DNA of 64,000 bases from assembly GCA_902493275.1 (NCBI GenBank), contig CABUOQ010000003.1:17278-81277 (forward strand), read 5' to 3'. Below, one piece after another: positions 40,469 through 49,875 of the stretch. The notes under the pieces were generated by a model. It saw nothing but the letters and a program-made list of their open reading frames with translations. It had not been told where the DNA came from and did not search any database. Source of the DNA: an uncultured Bacillota bacterium. Lineage in GTDB: Bacteria; Bacillota_I; Bacilli_A; RFN20; CAG-449. Positions within the stretch are counted from its first letter, which is position 1. The number at the start of each line of letters is the position of its first letter. A program made the position numbers and the translations under genes.

Positions 40469-40820
40469 ATCAAAGATTAGTTCAGTTAATCAATAAAAAG
40501 GTTAATGAAGAACTAATAAAAAAGATACCTAACTTAGAACTTGAAAAAATAAAGTTAGATATCTCAATAACAATTAAACCTACTAAATAATAGGTTTAGC
40601 CTAAGGGGAAGTGAATCCCCTTAGGTATCATAATTAGTATATATGATTTTCTTTAATTAGTCAAATTTATGGTTAGCGAAGCTCAAAAGAAAGCATCGAT
40701 AAAATATAAAGCATAGTGTACTTCGGAAAAATCCGAAACAAAAAACGATAATTTTAGTTTTTAGAAAATTTAAGCAAAAAATTTTTTTAGAATATATACT
40801 TTTAGCAAGGAGAAAATAAA

Positions 40821-42785
40821 ATGAAAAATAAATTTACTATAACTATATTATCATTAATATCATTGTCATCAATTATGGCTTGTCAAAACACATCTTCAAA
40901 TGTGTCTAGTAATCTTACTAGTACTTCATCAGAAATATTATCTAGTGAAATTGTTTCATCAAGTTCAATTTCTTCTAGTATAGATTATGGAACATTAACA
41001 ATTAACGATATTGAAATAGCATTTATGGGTGAAATGCTAATAAATCCAATTTTTTCAAATGATAAGTATGAAGAAGAACTTATTTATGAATTTGATGGTA
41101 ATAATATTCAAATTACTGAAGATAAAGTAAAGGGATTAGTCCCGGGAACAACAACAATCGTAACAGCAAAAAGTCAGCATTTTACTGCAACATTTAAAGT
41201 TATAGTTACATATATAAATGCTATATTAACAAATAATACGGGAGCAGAATCAAAGTATTTAGTTGCAGTACCTGAAGATGATAACTATGTCGTTCATTTT
41301 AACGTTAAAATTCTTGAATATGTTAATGAGTACACAAGGTTATCAAGTTTTGCTTTTAATGGAAGTAATAATTCTTGGTACAATATAGAGATGCAAGGCG
41401 ATGGCAGTATAAATTTGTTTGCTAATTTTTTAGGAAAAGAAAAAAAGTGGATATATTTAGGTAATAAATCTAATTTTACTAATAGCGATAATGTTTTAGA
41501 ATATAAAGTGGATTTGCTAAAGAATGGGTTATCAACAAGATTTTATTTTAATGAAAAATTAGTCTGTTCTTATTCAGAAAAAGATATGTTAGGCAGTGAA
41601 AAATTATCATCGTTAGAAGTAACCTCAGCGGCAGATAGGGAAAATGCTGGTAAATATACTATTGAGTTAAAAGATGTATATTACGAACTTGAAAATAGTG
41701 AAAATTATCAAAAAATGATTAATAGTAATGCAATTCTTTTTCCAAATATAGAATTAACTAAAGATGATGGTTCAGAAGATAAGTATTATTATGGTGATAT
41801 TTCAGCAATTAGTGATAGTTTTCTTTATTCTACTACTATAGATGTTGTTACATGGGATAATAATAAAACTCGCCCTTGCGCCATTGCTTTTAATGGTAGC
41901 GATAATTCTTGGTATAACATTGAAATGAATAGTGATGGAAACCTTATATTATATGGAAGATTTAATGGCGTGGAAAAATACAATATATTTTTGGACAATA
42001 AATCTAATTTAATGGTTAATAATAAGATTCATTTTACAGTTAATATTTTAAAAAGAGGACAAGCAACATGGTATTTTTTCAATGACAGATTGGTATGTTG
42101 GTACACTGAAAAAGAATTAGAAAACTATGAGAATTTAAGTGGGTTTGAAGTGACAGCTGCTACTGATGTTTGGCAAGATGGCGGAGCATATAAAGTTGAA
42201 TTAACTGATACTAAAGTTGAACTCAGCAATTCTTCAAAATATAAGACGTATATGGATAAAGTATTTAAATCATATGAAGATACAACTTTAAAATCTGATG
42301 ATGGTGCAGAACAAAGAGCGCCTGAAATTGCTGTTAGCGATAATTGTGTTTATACGACTACAGTGATAATAAAATCTGATGCTAATGGATGGTTTAGACC
42401 TTGTGCTTTTGCTTTTAATAATAGTGATAATTCTTGGTATAATATTGAAACTGATGAAGGTGGAAGTTTAACATTATTTGCAAGATTTAATGGAATAGAA
42501 AAATATTTTATTTCATTGGGAAATAAAACTGATTATTTGATAGATGGTTTTATTACTTTAAATATATCTATTTTAAAAAGAGGACAATCGACTGCTTTCT
42601 TTGTTAATGATATATTAAAAGCTGATTTTAATGATGAAAATATGACTGGTTATAGTGGATTATATACTTTATTTGTAACTTCTTGTGCTGATCGCTCTAG
42701 CAGTGCGTTTGAAGTATTGTTAAAAAATCAAAGATTAGACGATGAAGAATCAGAGATGTTTAATAAATATAAAAATTTATTGTAA
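40821..42785 (+). CDS. Lipoprotein with three tandem internal repeats of about 170 aa (AFNGS[DN]NSWYNIE ... repeats)
   Basis: Lipobox IMAC and Ser-rich linker. Three colinear repeats containing FNGS(D/N)NSWYNIE and LKRGQ(A/S)T. Confidence 0.6.
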   Translation: MKNKFTITILSLISLSSIMACQNTSSNVSSNLTSTSSEILSSEIVSSSSISSSIDYGTLTINDIEIAFMGEMLINPIFSNDKYEEELIYEFDGNNIQITEDKVKGLVPGTTTIVTAKSQHFTATFKVIVTYINAILTNNTGAESKYLVAVPEDDNYVVHFNVKILEYVNEYTRLSSFAFNGSNNSWYNIEMQGDGSINLFANFLGKEKKWIYLGNKSNFTNSDNVLEYKVDLLKNGLSTRFYFNEKLVCSYSEKDMLGSEKLSSLEVTSAADRENAGKYTIELKDVYYELENSENYQKMINSNAILFPNIELTKDDGSEDKYYYGDISAISDSFLYSTTIDVVTWDNNKTRPCAIAFNGSDNSWYNIEMNSDGNLILYGRFNGVEKYNIFLDNKSNLMVNNKIHFTVNILKRGQATWYFFNDRLVCWYTEKELENYENLSGFEVTAATDVWQDGGAYKVELTDTKVELSNSSKYKTYMDKVFKSYEDTTLKSDDGAEQRAPEIAVSDNCVYTTTVIIKSDANGWFRPCAFAFNNSDNSWYNIETDEGGSLTLFARFNGIEKYFISLGNKTDYLIDGFITLNISILKRGQSTAFFVNDILKADFNDENMTGYSGLYTLFVTSCADRSSSAFEVLLKNQRLDDEESEMFNKYKNLL

Positions 42786-42802
42786 AATTGGAGAATTTTA
42801 AT

Positions 42803-45445
42803 ATGAATAAAGAAAAAAAACTATTGTTTACACTAATTGGAGTTATATTAATTTCTTCATGTAATGCTAATATAAGTAGCAATTCATCAAGTAGCTCTTC
42901 ACAAGAAGAAATATCGTCATTAGTATCTTCTGATGACAAAGGAGATTATAATTTGAAAAATGATTTATTAAATCTTAATTTAAAAGGATATATTGGTACA
43001 AATTTAAAAAATAATATTAAGTATTGGCAAAAATCTGCATATCAAAATAATCCTAATATTATTACTCAAATTAGGGTTGCAAATACTAGCGACGAATTAG
43101 TGTCATTATCTAATATATTAGGAAATGATTATTTTGGTGTAGATTCATCATCTGAAATAGATATACTTGAAAAAGATGGAGAAAAATATATTGGATGGAT
43201 ATTAAAATCTTTACCAACATCATATGGAGATCGTGATTTTAGATTTTCTAATGATCCTCACGCTATAACATCATGGAAAGGGGCGAAGGAACTGTTAATC
43301 CATGTTGATAATAGTCAAATAGATGGAATAACCTCATTAAGGTTAGCATTCGAAGAAAATACTATAGGAAGAGAATCGTATTCTTTAATCAAAGATTCTG
43401 AAGTTTATCTTTTAAATAATGGAAAAAGTGAAACTATAACAACATTAGATAATGGATATATAGAAATTCCGCCTAAATTTGTAGGATATGTTGCTTTACC
43501 TCTAGATATAAATCATTTTGCTTGTTATTGGAGTGAAGGTGGAAATAAAATCTTAGAACTAGATAATGTTGTTCAATTTCAAATTTCAATCAAAGGTACC
43601 ACAAAAAATATTGATAAACCATTTTATATGAATAATTTTGCAATTGTTGGTGATTTTGAAGGAAATGATTTATCAAATGAAATTGGATTTGAAGAAAATA
43701 GCAAAATAGTATGGGATTTATCTTTTGTAGAAAAGAGAAAAGAAAAAAGTGAAGAACCATCATCATTAGCTTGGTATGGAGAATTTGTAGGTAAATTATT
43801 AACGGGAATTGCATTTTCTTATCGTGCAGAACCTAGCGAAGATTTATTTAATGAGGCAGAAACTATTATTAATGATTTGTTTGAAGCACAAGGAGATGAT
43901 GGATATTTAGGTGTTTTTAAAGGTGGGGCACGTTATTCTATTTCTTCGAGCAATTGGGACTTGTGGAATCAGTATCATTGCGTTGTTGGGCTCTTAGAGT
44001 GGTATAAAAATAGCGGTAATGAAAAAGCATTAAGTATTGCTAAGAAAACTTTAGATTGTATATATGAAACCTTTAAAAATCGTAGCTATATTGTTAGTGG
44101 TGGTTTTGAAACTAATCGTGGAATTGCCCATGGCTTTGCTTTAATGTATCAAATTTCACGTGAAGAAAAATATCTTAAAGAAGCTGAAAGAATTATTCAA
44201 CAAGATTGTCGAGATAATAATGGTTGGTATAATATGGCTTTAAAAGGAAACCATTTTTATAAATCTTCAAGTGCAAGATGGGAAGTTCTTCATATGATAA
44301 TGACATTAGCAATTCTTTATCAAGAAACACAAAATGAAGAGTATTTTTCAGTGATGGATATAATTTGGCATGATATTTTAGAAACAGACATTCATAATGA
44401 TGGTGGTTTTACTACAAATGAAGGTGCAATTGGAGATCCATATCGAGATGGGGTTATTGAAACTTGTTGTAGTATTGCATGGAATGCATTTAGTAATGAA
44501 TTTTTAAAAATTAATAAAGATGTTTCAATAGTCGATGAAATAGAAAGAACATATTTTAATGCTATTCAAGGATCGTTATTAGATAATGATAAATATTGTA
44601 CATACAATACCCCAGTAGATGGAGTATTAGGAAGTTGTGGTGGATATAATGGGCTTAGGGTAGCTTCTCAACAAGATATTTCTTTCCAATTTAATAATGG
44701 TTCTCCTGATATGAATTGTTGCCAAGCAAATTTAGCTCGAGGATTAGGACAAATTTCTGAATGGGCTATTATGGCTGAAGATAATGACTTATATTTAAAC
44801 TATTATGGTAGTTCTACAATGGAAACTAGATATAAAGATGAAGTATTAATTATTGATCAAGAGACAAATTATCCAATTAATGGCAAAATAAAATTAACAA
44901 TATCTGGATTAAGTAAGCCAACCGAAATTAATTTGAAGTTAAGAATTCCTTCTTGGAGTAAAGATTCTAAAGTTAAGTGTGGTGGCAAAGAATATAGCGT
45001 TGAGTCTAATCAGTATTTTTCTGTTGATAAATTGTTTAATAATGGTGATATTATTGAATTAGATTTAGGTATGAGTTTTACTTGCTGGAAAGGTGAAAAG
45101 TCTAAAGAAGGAAAAACATCATTATATTATGGACCGATATTATTAACGCTTGATGAATACTATATGAATAAATCAAATTATAATATTTCGTTTGATAAAA
45201 ATATTGAATTTTCAGCCAGTAAGTTCGCTGAAGCAAAAATTATTGACGCGAAAAGTGATAGAGCATGGTTATTTGTTGACGTTCCTTATAATAATAATTA
45301 TATTCGACTTGTTGATTTTGCTTCAGCAGGAAAGTTTAATGGAAATTCACAGCCATATAGATATTATTCTTGGCTAAACATTAATAATTTAATTGATAAC
45401 GAATCAGATGATATTGTAAATCGTTGGAAACTTAACTTATACTAA
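42803..45445 (+). CDS. Lipoprotein with C-terminal GH127/DUF1680-like glycoside hydrolase domain
   Basis: Lipobox ISSC and Ser-rich linker. C-terminal region with TCCSIAWN and NCCQANLARG Cys motifs resembling 16300..18129. Start at the ATG 9 nt after GGAG (track ORF starts at the in-frame TTG at 42788). Confidence 0.5.
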   Translation: MNKEKKLLFTLIGVILISSCNANISSNSSSSSSQEEISSLVSSDDKGDYNLKNDLLNLNLKGYIGTNLKNNIKYWQKSAYQNNPNIITQIRVANTSDELVSLSNILGNDYFGVDSSSEIDILEKDGEKYIGWILKSLPTSYGDRDFRFSNDPHAITSWKGAKELLIHVDNSQIDGITSLRLAFEENTIGRESYSLIKDSEVYLLNNGKSETITTLDNGYIEIPPKFVGYVALPLDINHFACYWSEGGNKILELDNVVQFQISIKGTTKNIDKPFYMNNFAIVGDFEGNDLSNEIGFEENSKIVWDLSFVEKRKEKSEEPSSLAWYGEFVGKLLTGIAFSYRAEPSEDLFNEAETIINDLFEAQGDDGYLGVFKGGARYSISSSNWDLWNQYHCVVGLLEWYKNSGNEKALSIAKKTLDCIYETFKNRSYIVSGGFETNRGIAHGFALMYQISREEKYLKEAERIIQQDCRDNNGWYNMALKGNHFYKSSSARWEVLHMIMTLAILYQETQNEEYFSVMDIIWHDILETDIHNDGGFTTNEGAIGDPYRDGVIETCCSIAWNAFSNEFLKINKDVSIVDEIERTYFNAIQGSLLDNDKYCTYNTPVDGVLGSCGGYNGLRVASQQDISFQFNNGSPDMNCCQANLARGLGQISEWAIMAEDNDLYLNYYGSSTMETRYKDEVLIIDQETNYPINGKIKLTISGLSKPTEINLKLRIPSWSKDSKVKCGGKEYSVESNQYFSVDKLFNNGDIIELDLGMSFTCWKGEKSKEGKTSLYYGPILLTLDEYYMNKSNYNISFDKNIEFSASKFAEAKIIDAKSDRAWLFVDVPYNNNYIRLVDFASAGKFNGNSQPYRYYSWLNINNLIDNESDDIVNRWKLNLY

Positions 45446-45449
45446 TATT

Positions 45450-46394
45450 ATGGAAAAATTCTATGATAAAACATTAAATATTTCTTTAAGAAATGAAAGG
45501 CAATGTAAAGCAATTTTTAAAGCTTTAAATAATAAAACTAGAAGAGATATATTAAGATTGCTATCTAAAAAAGGACCATTAAGTATTCAAAGTATTTCTT
45601 TTAATTTGGATTTGCCATTATCAACTATTTCTGAACATGTATCGATATTATTAAAATCCGGTGTTATATCATCTTTTAAAAAAAATTCTGAACGTGGGCA
45701 AACAAAAATTGTATTTAGGCAATACGATAAAATAGATATTTCATTAAATGATTATGCGGATAATTTAATTGAAACTGATAATACAATTATGGAAATTCCG
45801 ATTGGATCTTATTCCGGATTCGATATCCATCAATTATGTGGAATGGTATGTAATGAAGGATATATTGGTAGCCGTGATAGCAGTTTATGTTTTCATCATA
45901 GCGAAAGATTTAAAGCACAATTAATTTGGCTTGATTATGGATATTTAGAATATAAAATACCATTAGATTGCTTAACTAAAAAAGAAATATTTTCATTTTC
46001 ATTCTCACTTGAACTCTGTTCTGAAGCACCTGGTTATAATGAAAATTGGAAATCGGACATTTTTTTTGAAATAAATGATCAAGAGATAGGTTATTTTACA
46101 TCACAAGGTGATTATGGTAGGCGTAGAGGAAAATTGACTCCTTCTTGGTGGTCTGGTGATGTAACATCATATGGAGTGTTAAAACAAATTGAAGTCAATG
46201 AAGACGGAAGCTTTATTGATGGAATAAAAGTGTCAGATATAACTATATATGACTTAAATATCGAGGCAAATAAAGTGCTAAAATTAAGATTTGGAGTGAA
46301 AGAAAATGCAAAAAATCGTGGGGGATTAAATCTTTTCGGTGATAGTTTTGGTGACTATCCTCAACATATTATTTTGATTATTTCGTATAGATGA
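45450..46394 (+). CDS. ArsR/SmtB-type winged-helix regulator fused to a C-terminal domain of unknown function (about 220 aa)
   Basis: N-terminal ArsR-like HTH (NNKTRRDILRLLSKKGPLSIQSISFNLDLPLSTISEHVSILLKSGVI). Rest unrecognised. Confidence 0.5.
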   Translation: MEKFYDKTLNISLRNERQCKAIFKALNNKTRRDILRLLSKKGPLSIQSISFNLDLPLSTISEHVSILLKSGVISSFKKNSERGQTKIVFRQYDKIDISLNDYADNLIETDNTIMEIPIGSYSGFDIHQLCGMVCNEGYIGSRDSSLCFHHSERFKAQLIWLDYGYLEYKIPLDCLTKKEIFSFSFSLELCSEAPGYNENWKSDIFFEINDQEIGYFTSQGDYGRRRGKLTPSWWSGDVTSYGVLKQIEVNEDGSFIDGIKVSDITIYDLNIEANKVLKLRFGVKENAKNRGGLNLFGDSFGDYPQHIILIISYR

Positions 46395-46624
46395 TTTAGA
46401 TTAATTATTAATTACAAAAGAAAGCGGCGGTAAAATACAAAGTAAAAATGATCATTCGTCTAGTTTTGGTTTAAATGTTAAAATTGATGCTGATATTCTT
46501 GAGTTCTTGAATCAAAGTGACGAGTCATCAGCAACTTTGATTAGGTGATTAATTTGTGAGAAGATAAAACGAATTAATAAAATAAATACTTTTATATAAT
46601 GTAATTTAGAATTAATATATAAAT

Positions 46625-46879
46625 ATGAGAATAGACAAATATTTAAAACTATCACGTGTTATTAAAAGAAGAACAATCGCTAAAGATATTCTAAGTTTAG
46701 GTTTTGTAAAAATTAATGCTAAAATAGCAAAACCTTCAACTGAAGTTAAAGAAGGAGACATAGTTGAATTAACTTTAGGTGAAAGGATTTTGACAATTAA
46801 AGTTTGCAATGTATTAACTTATGCTAACAAACAAACATCATCTACAATGTTTGAAGTTATCAAAGATGAATCAATATAG
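46625..46879 (+). CDS. yabO: S4-domain RNA-binding protein (YabO/Hsp15-like)
   Basis: MRIDKYLKLSRVIKRRTIAKDIL ... closely parallels B. subtilis YabO. Followed by yabP-yabQ-divIC. Confidence 0.8.
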   Translation: MRIDKYLKLSRVIKRRTIAKDILSLGFVKINAKIAKPSTEVKEGDIVELTLGERILTIKVCNVLTYANKQTSSTMFEVIKDESI

Positions 46880-46959
46880 AATCCTTGGAATGAGTAATAT
46901 TTTATTAAATAGTGATTAATTTAACCTTTTAATCATAAATATGATTAGGAGGTTTTTTT

Positions 46960-47247
46960 ATGGAGGAAATTCTTCAATCAACAAAAAAACATAATATTTG
47001 CATACATGAAAGAAAAGAAGCTGTAATAGAAGGAGTGTTAAAATTAGATAGCTTTGATAAGAATGAATTTTTGATAAATACAACTAAAGGTTATTTGCAT
47101 ATTAAAGGCAAAGATTTATCTTTGGGTAACATGGATATGGATAAAGGATTATTAACCATCAATGGATGTATTGATTCTTTAATGTATTTGCTATCTTCAT
47201 CTTCGTCACAAAAGAAAGAGAGTTTCTTAAAAAAACTATTTAAATAA
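46960..47247 (+). CDS. yabP: Sporulation protein YabP
   Basis: LKLDSFDKNEFLINTTKGYLHIKGKDLSLGNMDMDKGLLTINGCIDSLMYL matches the YabP family pattern. Confidence 0.8.
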   Translation: MEEILQSTKKHNICIHERKEAVIEGVLKLDSFDKNEFLINTTKGYLHIKGKDLSLGNMDMDKGLLTINGCIDSLMYLLSSSSSQKKESFLKKLFK

Positions 47248-47669
47248 TGACTCTTTTTAATCAGTTTCAAACATTTATAGGATCAATTATTTTAGGAATG
47301 CTATTTAGTTTTATTTGGTCCTTATTTAATCGAGTGTTTTATTCGAAAAAACTGTTTATTATTAGATTAATATTTGAAATAGCTTTGATTTGTAGTTTAA
47401 CATTTACATATTATATTTTTCTTTCTAGATTTGGTCATGGAATATTTAATGTATTTTATGTTCTCGCATTATTTTTAGGATTGATATTATATTATGAATT
47501 TTATGCTTATAATTTTGAGGTTTTATTTGAAAAGGCTGCTTCTTCTTTATATAAAACGATAATCTATCCAATAAAATTGAAAAAAAAGAAGTTTCGTGAT
47601 AAATTAAAATCAAGGAAGAAAAAGCATGGCAAAAAAAGTTCAATCAAAAAAAGTCAACCGCATACTTAG
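47247..47669 (+). CDS. yabQ: Spore cortex biosynthesis membrane protein YabQ
   Basis: Small polytopic membrane protein directly after yabP (1-nt overlap). Lys-rich tail. Confidence 0.65.
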   Translation: MTLFNQFQTFIGSIILGMLFSFIWSLFNRVFYSKKLFIIRLIFEIALICSLTFTYYIFLSRFGHGIFNVFYVLALFLGLILYYEFYAYNFEVLFEKAASSLYKTIIYPIKLKKKKFRDKLKSRKKKHGKKSSIKKSQPHT

Positions 47670-47910
47670 CTTGATATGTATTGCAATATTTGCGATATCA
47701 TTAGTATGTGTTGGCTTTTTTGCAGTTGAAATTATAAATCAAAATAAGCAGAAACAAGATTTATTGAGACGCCAAGAAGAAATTACACAAGAATATAACC
47801 ATATACGTGATATCTATGATAATAATGTAGATGACGATGGATATTTTAATGTTTATACCGATGGTGATATGATTGTATATGGCACTGGATCAACAATTCA
47901 AATTAGTTAA
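47626..47910 (+). CDS. divIC: Septum formation initiator (DivIC/FtsB family)
   Basis: Single N-terminal TM followed by a coiled coil (QNKQKQDLLRRQEEITQEY). Conserved position after yabQ. Confidence 0.6.
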   Translation: MAKKVQSKKVNRILSLICIAIFAISLVCVGFFAVEIINQNKQKQDLLRRQEEITQEYNHIRDIYDNNVDDDGYFNVYTDGDMIVYGTGSTIQIS

Positions 47911-47917
47911 GATATAA

Positions 47918-49357
47918 TTATTGAATATTGTCGAAATGACCTATATAAAGAGGTAAGTTATTTCTATCATATATTACATAAATAAAAGGTTGGTTTAATC
48001 TTATTTCATAAGTTAAGATAGATGTATTTTTAGCTCCTGCTCCCATTGTAACTGATTTTATAGTTGTTCCATCTTCAGTAAAAGAAATTTTGTTTTTTTG
48101 CTTTAATTCGGATAAAGTTACATCGTGATAATCAGTAAATACACCATCGAGAGAATTGTTGTTAAATAAATGATTAAATCCGACATTTTTTAATGTGGTT
48201 ATAAAATCACATGATGATGTTGATGTAAATTTTGGCAGAGTAAGATTAATTATTTTAGGACTTTTTACTAAATTGTCTTCGTTTTCATTAATAAAATTGA
48301 TGTTTGACAATAATGAATAGATATTATCTGCGGAGTTTTTAGGAATAAGATATTGAATTTTTAAATCATTTTTATAATAATCATATACACTATAATATTT
48401 ATCATAGTCATATATTTTGCCATTATAGGAGTGATTCATATAAGTAGTTTTATATGGAACACCATCTGTTGGATAAAAGTAATCAAAGGTGTTTTCACTT
48501 TGGAAAAATTTTGTTCTCCAATAATTGTTAAAATATAAAGTGGTAAAATAATAAATTAAGTAATCATGGTTTAAATTTAAGAAATCTTTATCGATGAAAT
48601 TACTTTCGTTTGTTTTTTGATTTACCCAATCTAACATTAATTCAATATCTTGTTCGTTTTTAAAATCTAGTTGAAAAGCTTCAGTATAGTATGATTGTAA
48701 TTCATTAATAAAATTTTGGTTAGGTTCATATTCATTGCTTAAAAATATTCCATTATATAATTGTATTGAACCATCATTATTATAGAAAAAATTGTTTCTA
48801 TAAAGGTTTCTATAATTTTCTTTTCTTCGGAAACGATTTAAACCAAGAATTTCATCAAATTCATTTATTACCATATTATTTTTGCTTGATAGAGAAATAA
48901 TTTCTAAATTTGAATAAAGTGATAATGGTGAAAACGAAAAATTTTCTTTTTTATCATAAGCTTGATAAATATTATAAGAGAAGTCCCTTATTGCTGAAAG
49001 ATATTCATCTTCTACTTTATAGTTGCTTAATTCTCCAGAAGGGTATGTTATCTTATTTAAACTTTTAAAAGAAGAGTTCTGAATAGCTTCAACTTCATTT
49101 AAAGTGTAGTGTCTAGCATACACTCTTTGTCTAGAGGTGGTAGTTAGCATCATTAAAAAAGGTGTGGCAATAAATACTAAGACAATTGTACAAGAGACAA
49201 TAGTAACAATATTTTTAGTTATTTTGCTTTTTTTGTTTTTATGTAATTTTTTTTGATATTGATCATAATCTATGCGATTTTCTAATTCAGTGAAATCGAA
49301 TTTTAAATTTGTTGTATCATTTATTTTATTAAGTATTTTCTTTTCGTCTTTATTCAT
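47918..49357 (-). CDS. Membrane-anchored serpin-domain protein with anti-sigma-factor-like topology (short cytoplasmic N-terminus, one TM, extracellular serpin)
   Basis: TM segment TIVSCTIVLVFIATPFLMMLTT. Serpin motifs FSFSPLSLYSNLEIISL. Hinge EDGTTIKSV. C-terminal LNQPFIYVIY fits the serpin PROSITE signature. Confidence 0.65.
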   Translation of the reverse strand: MNKDEKKILNKINDTTNLKFDFTELENRIDYDQYQKKLHKNKKSKITKNIVTIVSCTIVLVFIATPFLMMLTTTSRQRVYARHYTLNEVEAIQNSSFKSLNKITYPSGELSNYKVEDEYLSAIRDFSYNIYQAYDKKENFSFSPLSLYSNLEIISLSSKNNMVINEFDEILGLNRFRRKENYRNLYRNNFFYNNDGSIQLYNGIFLSNEYEPNQNFINELQSYYTEAFQLDFKNEQDIELMLDWVNQKTNESNFIDKDFLNLNHDYLIYYFTTLYFNNYWRTKFFQSENTFDYFYPTDGVPYKTTYMNHSYNGKIYDYDKYYSVYDYYKNDLKIQYLIPKNSADNIYSLLSNINFINENEDNLVKSPKIINLTLPKFTSTSSCDFITTLKNVGFNHLFNNNSLDGVFTDYHDVTLSELKQKNKISFTEDGTTIKSVTMGAGAKNTSILTYEIRLNQPFIYVIYDRNNLPLYIGHFDNIQ

Positions 49358-49371
49358 ACAAAAACCTCCTC

Positions 49372-49875
49372 TTATAAAAGTTTAGATTTAATTTTTTTAA
49401 TACTTCTAAAGTAAGTTGTTTTAATTGTCGATACGGGTTTATTTAATTGAATGGATATTTCTTTAAAAGTATAATCATAAATTAAATGAAGGTAAAATAT
49501 TTTTTTCTCAAAATCATCTAGGATTATATCAATATCGTAATATATGCTATTGTCTTTAGTCTCGCTGGCTAAATAGTCGAAACAATTATCTGCTTGAACA
49601 ATATTTTTAGTTTTTTTCAAAAAATTAATAGCGGCATTTTTAGCACAGGTTGTTAAATAATTTTTTATTGAAGAGTTAATGTTTTCTATGTGATTAAAAA
49701 AATATAAAAAAGTATCGTTTGTTAGATCTTTTATATCATCGATATCCTTGATATAATTTCCGATGACAAAACCGACTAAATGACAATATTTATTGTAAAT
49801 TAACTCAAATTGTTTTTTTAATCCTTTTTGATTAGAAGATTTAGAAATTTTCTTTATTTGATGCGCATCAGACAT
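49372..49875 (-). CDS. Small sigma-70/ECF-family RNA polymerase sigma factor
   Basis: 167 aa. Region-2-like FELIYNKYCHLVGFVIGNY and region-4 HTH FKEISIQLNKPVSTIKTTYFRSIKKIK. Immediately upstream of the serpin gene on the same strand. Confidence 0.6.
   Translation of the reverse strand: MSDAHQIKKISKSSNQKGLKKQFELIYNKYCHLVGFVIGNYIKDIDDIKDLTNDTFLYFFNHIENINSSIKNYLTTCAKNAAINFLKKTKNIVQADNCFDYLASETKDNSIYYDIDIILDDFEKKIFYLHLIYDYTFKEISIQLNKPVSTIKTTYFRSIKKIKSKLL

Noticed and set aside
15240-46624. Classifying the 31-kb accessory block as an integrative or conjugative mobile element or a prophage
   Set aside because: No integrase, transposase, recombinase, relaxase or phage structural genes are present. 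No tRNA or att-like flanking repeats were seen. It is better described as an accretion hotspot.
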